Source: an uncultured Chlamydiales bacterium
Lineage (GTDB): Bacteria > Chlamydiota > Chlamydiia > Chlamydiales > Rhabdochlamydiaceae
NCBI GenBank assembly: GCA_963700985.1
Contig: OY969554.1
Location: 1,984,001-2,048,000 of the forward strand
DNA: 64,000 bases
Reading direction: 5' to 3'
The notes beneath the pieces are model-generated. The model had not been told where the DNA came from, did no database searches, and worked only from the letters and a program-made list of their open reading frames with translations. Of this stretch, positions 59,209 through 64,000 are shown in pieces (position 1 is the stretch's first letter; each line of letters starts with the position of its first letter). Position numbers and translations under genes: made by a program.

Positions 59209-60315
59209 ATGAATCGTGCTTGCCTAACCCTTATTTCTTGTGTCCTGTTGCTGTTTGCAATGGGACTCGTGATGGTCTTTAATACCACCTCAGCGGAGGT
59301 GCTTGATCGCGGGTTAGATCGAAGCACGAGTTATGCGTTAATCAAACAGCTCTGCTATTCCGGAGTAGGACTCTTGGGCGCCATATTAGTTTGGAAGATG
59401 GGCTATCAGCAGCTGTTAAAATGGAGCGGTCCATTACTTCTAATTGGCTGCGCGCTGCTCCTGCTTGTATTTGTTCCGGGCATAGGCCAGCAGATCAATG
59501 GTGCGAATCGTTGGATTAATCTTTTTGGCCTCTCTTTTCAGCCATCTGAGCTGGTAAAGTATATCATTCCTCTTTATGCGATCTCGGTCTTTGCAGCATC
59601 GAAAGAAGCTTTAACCTTAAAGCAGTTTCTCTTTTTGCTGGGCAAGATTGCAATTCCCACAGCCCTCATCTTGATCGAGCCGGATAATGGTACGGTTTTT
59701 ATTGTGATCATGACCCTGATCACTTTGTTTATATTGACGCGGCTTAAATTAATCTATTGGGCGCTTCCTCTTTTTGTGCTAGCGCTTACTGGTGCAATAG
59801 CCGCTTCGCAGATGAGTCACGTGCCTGATCGAATCCGTGTCTATCTTCATCCTGAGCTAGACTTAAAAGGCAAAGGTCACCAGCCTCACCAGGCTAAGAT
59901 CGCTGCGGGTTCAGGACGTGTGCTTGGCCGGGGATTAGGAGAGAGTCTGCAAAAATTGGATTATTTACCTGAAGCGCGCAGCGATTATATCGCAGCCATT
60001 TTTGCTGAAGAGTTCGGTTTTGTGGGAATGATCACGCTTATTTTACTCTACATGGTTATCGGCTGTTTAGGCTTTTACATCGCAGCAAGTGCCGGGGATG
60101 TGCGTGGATATTACCTAGCGGCCGTGCTTACCTTTTTATTCTGTTTTCAGGCCTTTTTGAATTTGGGAGTTGTCTCAGGGCTTTTACCTAGCAAAGGGAC
60201 TAACCTTCCCTTTTTTAGTCACGGCGGCTCCTCTCTTTTAGCTAACTTTCTCGCATTATCTTTATTATTAAACGTCTCTATTCACTCTAAGAGAAAAAAT
60301 GCAGTTCCAATCTAA
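59209..60315 (+). CDS. ftsW: SEDS protein FtsW
   Basis: GANRW, QPSE..K, LPEARSDYI.A..AEE.G and PSKG.NLPF.S.GGSS. Confidence 0.94.
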   Translation: MNRACLTLISCVLLLFAMGLVMVFNTTSAEVLDRGLDRSTSYALIKQLCYSGVGLLGAILVWKMGYQQLLKWSGPLLLIGCALLLLVFVPGIGQQINGANRWINLFGLSFQPSELVKYIIPLYAISVFAASKEALTLKQFLFLLGKIAIPTALILIEPDNGTVFIVIMTLITLFILTRLKLIYWALPLFVLALTGAIAASQMSHVPDRIRVYLHPELDLKGKGHQPHQAKIAAGSGRVLGRGLGESLQKLDYLPEARSDYIAAIFAEEFGFVGMITLILLYMVIGCLGFYIAASAGDVRGYYLAAVLTFLFCFQAFLNLGVVSGLLPSKGTNLPFFSHGGSSLLANFLALSLLLNVSIHSKRKNAVPI

Positions 60316-61429
60316 ATCCAAGCTCAAATCTCAACCCAAACTTCTAATCGCAGCAGGCGGGACTGGTGGTCATCTCTATCCAGCCCAAGCACTGGCCAGC
60401 GAACTGCTGCAGAAAAGCTCAGATTTAGCTCTGCTTTTTGCAGGTGCTGGTTTTTCGACTAATCGCTATTTTCATAAAGAACACTTTGCTTTTGAAGATG
60501 TCGCAAGTGGTACACCCTTTCGTGGCAATATTTTTAAAGCTGTTTTTCGTATTTTTAGGGGAGTCAAGCGCAGCCTGCGCCTAATCGATGCTTTTAAGCC
60601 CACTTTAGTGGTCGGTTTTGGAAGTTATCATAGTTTTCCCTTGTTAGTTGCAGCTGTTCTTAAACGTATTCCTATCGTGCTTTTTGAATCGAATGCGGCT
60701 CCCGGAAAGGTCAATCGTCTTTTTTCTCGCTGGGCAGCCATCACCGCAGTGCATTTTGAGCATGCGAGCGAAAAACTTTCCGGAAAAACCCTAGAAGTGG
60801 CCATGCCTCTTGGAGAACATAAGCCCATTTTAGAACTCAATCGTGAGAAAGCGCGCGAGTTTTTCGGGTTAAAGCCAGAGTGTTTTACGATTCTGGTTTT
60901 TGGCGGCTCTCAAGGGGCGTTATCGATTAATAAAATCTTCTGCCAAGTAGCCAATCAACTCTTCCTGAATTTTCCCGATTTTCAAGTGATTCATCTGACC
61001 GGCCACCATAAAGACACGCAAGAAGTGCACCGCGCTTATAGCTTGCTAAACATTCCGGTTTGTATCAAAGAGTTTGAAGAGAACATGGTCTATGCCTGGA
61101 AAGCTGCCGATCTAACCATCTGTCGCTCGGGTGCGGCCACACTTGCCGAGCTTCTGGCTCACGAGGTTCCCTCTATTCTCATTCCCTATCCTTATGCCGC
61201 TGATGATCACCAGCGTAAAAACGCTCAAATCATGCAAAGCGAAGTCCGAGGATCACGTATGCTGCTCGAGGCAGAACTATCAGCTGAACGTCTTTACGGA
61301 CTATTGCACGAACTCATCTCGCACGATCAGTGGGCGTTAAAAGAGATGCAAAAATCGATAAGTCAATATAAAGTTCGTGGGAAAAAAGGCGAACTCTCGC
61401 AGATTGTAAGCGAGATATTAAATAGGTAA
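60299..61429 (+). CDS. murG: MurG GlcNAc transferase
   Basis: GGTGGH, GFG.Y, E.N..PG.VN, GGSQGA, RSGA.T and HQ..NA. Confidence 0.95.
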   Translation: MQFQSKSKLKSQPKLLIAAGGTGGHLYPAQALASELLQKSSDLALLFAGAGFSTNRYFHKEHFAFEDVASGTPFRGNIFKAVFRIFRGVKRSLRLIDAFKPTLVVGFGSYHSFPLLVAAVLKRIPIVLFESNAAPGKVNRLFSRWAAITAVHFEHASEKLSGKTLEVAMPLGEHKPILELNREKAREFFGLKPECFTILVFGGSQGALSINKIFCQVANQLFLNFPDFQVIHLTGHHKDTQEVHRAYSLLNIPVCIKEFEENMVYAWKAADLTICRSGAATLAELLAHEVPSILIPYPYAADDHQRKNAQIMQSEVRGSRMLLEAELSAERLYGLLHELISHDQWALKEMQKSISQYKVRGKKGELSQIVSEILNR

Positions 61430-61430
61430 A

Positions 61431-62795
61431 ATGATGAAGAAAGAGACCTATCATTTCATTGGTATTGGCGGAATTGGGATGAGCGCACTTGCGCGTATTC
61501 TTTTACAACGCGGTTATCGTGTTTCGGGAAGTGATCAAAATGCCTCTCCAATTGTAGAAAATTTAAAAAACGAGGGAGCGGAGATTTTTCTCGGCCATCA
61601 AGCAAGCAATATCACTCAGCCAGCCGTTGTAATCTGCAGCACAGCTGTCGTAAAAGATAATCCTGAATATCAAGCAGCTCAAAAACAGGGTTACCCGATT
61701 TGGCACCGCTCTGACATGCTGCATAAGCTCATGGAAGAATCCTTACCACTTCTTGTAGCTGGTACACATGGCAAGACAACCACTTCTTCAATTCTGGCGC
61801 ATGTTCTGATGCAAAGCGGCCTTGCCCCCTCTTTTGCAATCGGTGGTATCGTCAGCAGTCTAGGAACCAATGGTCAAAACGGTAAAGGCGCACATTTTGT
61901 AGCTGAAGCAGATGAGAGTGACGGCACCTTTTTAAAATACCGCGGGTTTGGCGGAATTATCACCAATATCGATAATGATCACTTAGAATATTGGGAAACC
62001 GATGAGAAGTTAGAAGAGGGTTTTTGCCAATTTGCCACCCAGATCAATTCGCTTGAACATCTCTTCGTCTGCATCGACGATGAACGCATTGCACGCTTAA
62101 AACTTCCCGGCATCAAATATGGTTTTGATGAGTCGGCCGATTTGTGCGCACTCAACTTTAGACAAGATGGATGGAAGACGTTATTTGACATTGCCTTTGA
62201 AGGAAAAAAATATACGGATATTGAACTTCCTCTAATCGGCGGACATAACGTATTAAACGCTTCTGCCGTCTTTGGCTTATGCTTGCGTTTGGATCTCCCA
62301 GAATCATCAATCCGTGCTGCATTCACGAGCTTTCAAGGTGTAGGTAGAAGAGCCGAGAAAAAAGGAGAGTTGGGTCAGATTGCCATCTATGATGACTATG
62401 CGCATCACCCCACAGAGATTTTTGCCACCCTCCGCGCGATGAAAAGTGCGGTGGGAAAGAGGCGCCTTGTGGTTGCTTTTCAACCGCATCGTTACACGCG
62501 CACTAAAGATTGTATGGATCTCTTTGCCGAAGTGTTCGATATCGCAGATGAGCTCGTGCTGACAGATATCTATTCAGCCGGTGAGACACCCATCGCCGGT
62601 GTCACCACGCAAGCTCTATTCGATAAGATTAGCGCCAGAAGTGCGATTTCGCTCCACTATTTTTCACGCTCTAAACTTTTAGATGGATTGCAGAGTTTGC
62701 TTCGAGAAGGCGATGTGCTGCTCACCATGGGAGCGGGGGATATCACAAAGATTGGCCCTGAGCTTCTGCAAAAGCATTCTACTATACATGCGTAA
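61431..62795 (+). CDS. murC: UDP-MurNAc--L-Ala ligase (stand-alone, not fused to Ddl)
   Basis: GIGGIGMS, GTHGKTTT, EADESD, DDYAHHPTE, FQPHRYTR and MGAGD. Confidence 0.96.
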   Translation: MMKKETYHFIGIGGIGMSALARILLQRGYRVSGSDQNASPIVENLKNEGAEIFLGHQASNITQPAVVICSTAVVKDNPEYQAAQKQGYPIWHRSDMLHKLMEESLPLLVAGTHGKTTTSSILAHVLMQSGLAPSFAIGGIVSSLGTNGQNGKGAHFVAEADESDGTFLKYRGFGGIITNIDNDHLEYWETDEKLEEGFCQFATQINSLEHLFVCIDDERIARLKLPGIKYGFDESADLCALNFRQDGWKTLFDIAFEGKKYTDIELPLIGGHNVLNASAVFGLCLRLDLPESSIRAAFTSFQGVGRRAEKKGELGQIAIYDDYAHHPTEIFATLRAMKSAVGKRRLVVAFQPHRYTRTKDCMDLFAEVFDIADELVLTDIYSAGETPIAGVTTQALFDKISARSAISLHYFSRSKLLDGLQSLLREGDVLLTMGAGDITKIGPELLQKHSTIHA

Positions 62796-63609
62796 ACAAG
62801 TTCCGCTTTCCAAAGCCCTTATTATTCTTGCGCTGGTGACGACGCTCGTCTCAGGTGGCGGTTATCTTGGAATTAGGAAAGTATTCAATGCAAAGCCAAA
62901 TGCGCGCATAAAGCTGACCACGATCGTGCAGACTGGCCCGCAAAAAGAAGCTTTAAAAACGGCTTATTTAGCAGAACTTTTAAACCTTTCGCAAGATCTC
63001 CCGCTTTCCGTAGCGCATTTTGATCTTAAGTTAGCTAAAGAAAAGCTGCTTAATTCGCCTGTAATTAAAGATGCGGTAGTCAAAATTCTTCCGCCACAAG
63101 CCTTATATGTTACCTATGTGGTAAGACAACCTCTAGCGGCACTTTATGATGTCCAAAATGGAGCTTTGGATGAAGAAGGATATCTCTTTCCACTTTCGCC
63201 CTTTTTTGCGCCAAAAACTCTGCCATTTATCTATCTCGGCTTACCTGCTAATTCCACACTGACATGGAATCACAAGCTCGAAGTTGTTTCCCTTCCGCTG
63301 GCTCTCGAACTGCTGCGCCTGCTTTCAACTGCGCCTTATCGTGATCTCTTCTCAGTGTTGCAAGTCGATGTTTCGCATGCAACTCTAGAAAGCTATGGCA
63401 CCCGTGAGATTGTGCTGCTGATTGAAGAGCCCTATACTCTGGAAAAGAAAAAGAAGATCTATCTTAGGATGACACCGAAGAACTACGCCCAAGAATTGGG
63501 AAATTATCTCGAACTACGTCCTAAATTCTTAAATGCGTCGGATAAAGGCTTGCCTGCCGTCATTGATCTGCGCATTCCTCAACTCGCCTTTATCGAAGAA
63601 CTGAAGTAA
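62788..63609 (+). CDS. FtsQ/DivIB-like cell division protein
   Basis: N-terminal TM, POTRA-like L..SPVIKDA.V..LPP.AL.V....RQP.A and C-terminal IDLR; follows murC with overlap. Confidence 0.75.
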   Translation: MRKQVPLSKALIILALVTTLVSGGGYLGIRKVFNAKPNARIKLTTIVQTGPQKEALKTAYLAELLNLSQDLPLSVAHFDLKLAKEKLLNSPVIKDAVVKILPPQALYVTYVVRQPLAALYDVQNGALDEEGYLFPLSPFFAPKTLPFIYLGLPANSTLTWNHKLEVVSLPLALELLRLLSTAPYRDLFSVLQVDVSHATLESYGTREIVLLIEEPYTLEKKKKIYLRMTPKNYAQELGNYLELRPKFLNASDKGLPAVIDLRIPQLAFIEELK

Positions 63610-63639
63610 TTCCATTTGCCCGAGTCTTGGAAAAACAAT

Positions 63640-63725
63640 TAACAGGATATGAAGGATAGGAGGAAAATATCTTGCGTATCATGCCGGCGCTTTGCGCCGA
63701 TCCTGCATATCCTGTAAATGATTTA
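63640..63725 (+). repeat. Family B element, copy B3
   Basis: AACAGGATATGAAGGATAG ... ATCTTGCGTATCATGC-CGGCGCtttGCGCCG-ATCCTGCATATCCTGTAAATGATTTA. Confidence 0.8.
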
Positions 63726-63777
63726 CCAAAAGAGCTTGATTTTAGGGATGCGCACGGAGTTCGAAGATAAAGAAATC

Positions 63778-63810
63778 AAAAAAAACTCCTCTTGAAGAAG
63801 AGGAGTTTTT
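63778..63810. terminator. Bidirectional intrinsic terminator
   Basis: AAAAAAAACTCCTCTT-gaag-AAGAGGAGTTTTT between convergent genes. Confidence 0.8.
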
Positions 63811-63826
63811 GCTTTTTGCTCAGTGA

Positions 63827-64000
63827 TTAACGCTCAGGAGAAGATGTCTCTGAAGAAGTTCTATCAGGGCTTTCAAAAGAAAGACGGCCTGAAGCGCTAT
63901 CATGTGCAGGTGATCCTAAGGGATGACCATCTTCCACTGCTGTTCGATTTTGTTCAGGAGAAGCCATGGCTGATGGGCCACGAGAATCCGCATGTTTCTG
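63827..64000 (-). CDS. C-terminal fragment of a Ser/Pro-rich hypothetical protein (runs off window end)
   Basis: Open frame QKHADSRGPSAMASPEQNRTAVEDGHPLGSPAHDSASGRLSFESPDRTSSETSSPER* ending just before the terminator. Confidence 0.55.
   Translation of the reverse strand, partial: QKHADSRGPSAMASPEQNRTAVEDGHPLGSPAHDSASGRLSFESPDRTSSETSSPER

Overview
A 64 kb chromosomal segment of a member of the phylum Chlamydiae, most likely an environmental, non-Chlamydiaceae lineage. The evidence is chlamydial-type gene order (hrcA-grpE-dnaK; serS-VIT1-P1B ATPase; comEC...ptsH-ptsI-ybaB-dnaX; groEL3...murF-mraY-murD-LysM-ftsW-murG-murC-ftsQ), the fused E1 alpha/beta 2-oxoacid dehydrogenase, and extra genes such as hprK, ndh and a large NAD-GDH. 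Two tRNAs are present (His-GTG, Cys-GCA). Accessory items lie between the core genes: (i) three tandem paralogous Inc-like membrane/coiled-coil proteins; (ii) eukaryote-like ubiquitin-system proteins (F-box-like, and a U-box with a probable second U-box); (iii) a C45/Ntn-hydrolase whose motif order looks internally permuted; (iv) an AAA+/DUF4143 gene preceded by two tandem 32-bp palindromes; (v) two families of dispersed, non-coding, structured elements with 9-bp-periodic inverted ends and covarying internal hairpins, found just downstream of stop codons (7 copies in total). I found no CRISPR array, rRNA, transposase or integrase. All calls come from reading motifs by eye; no database search was run.
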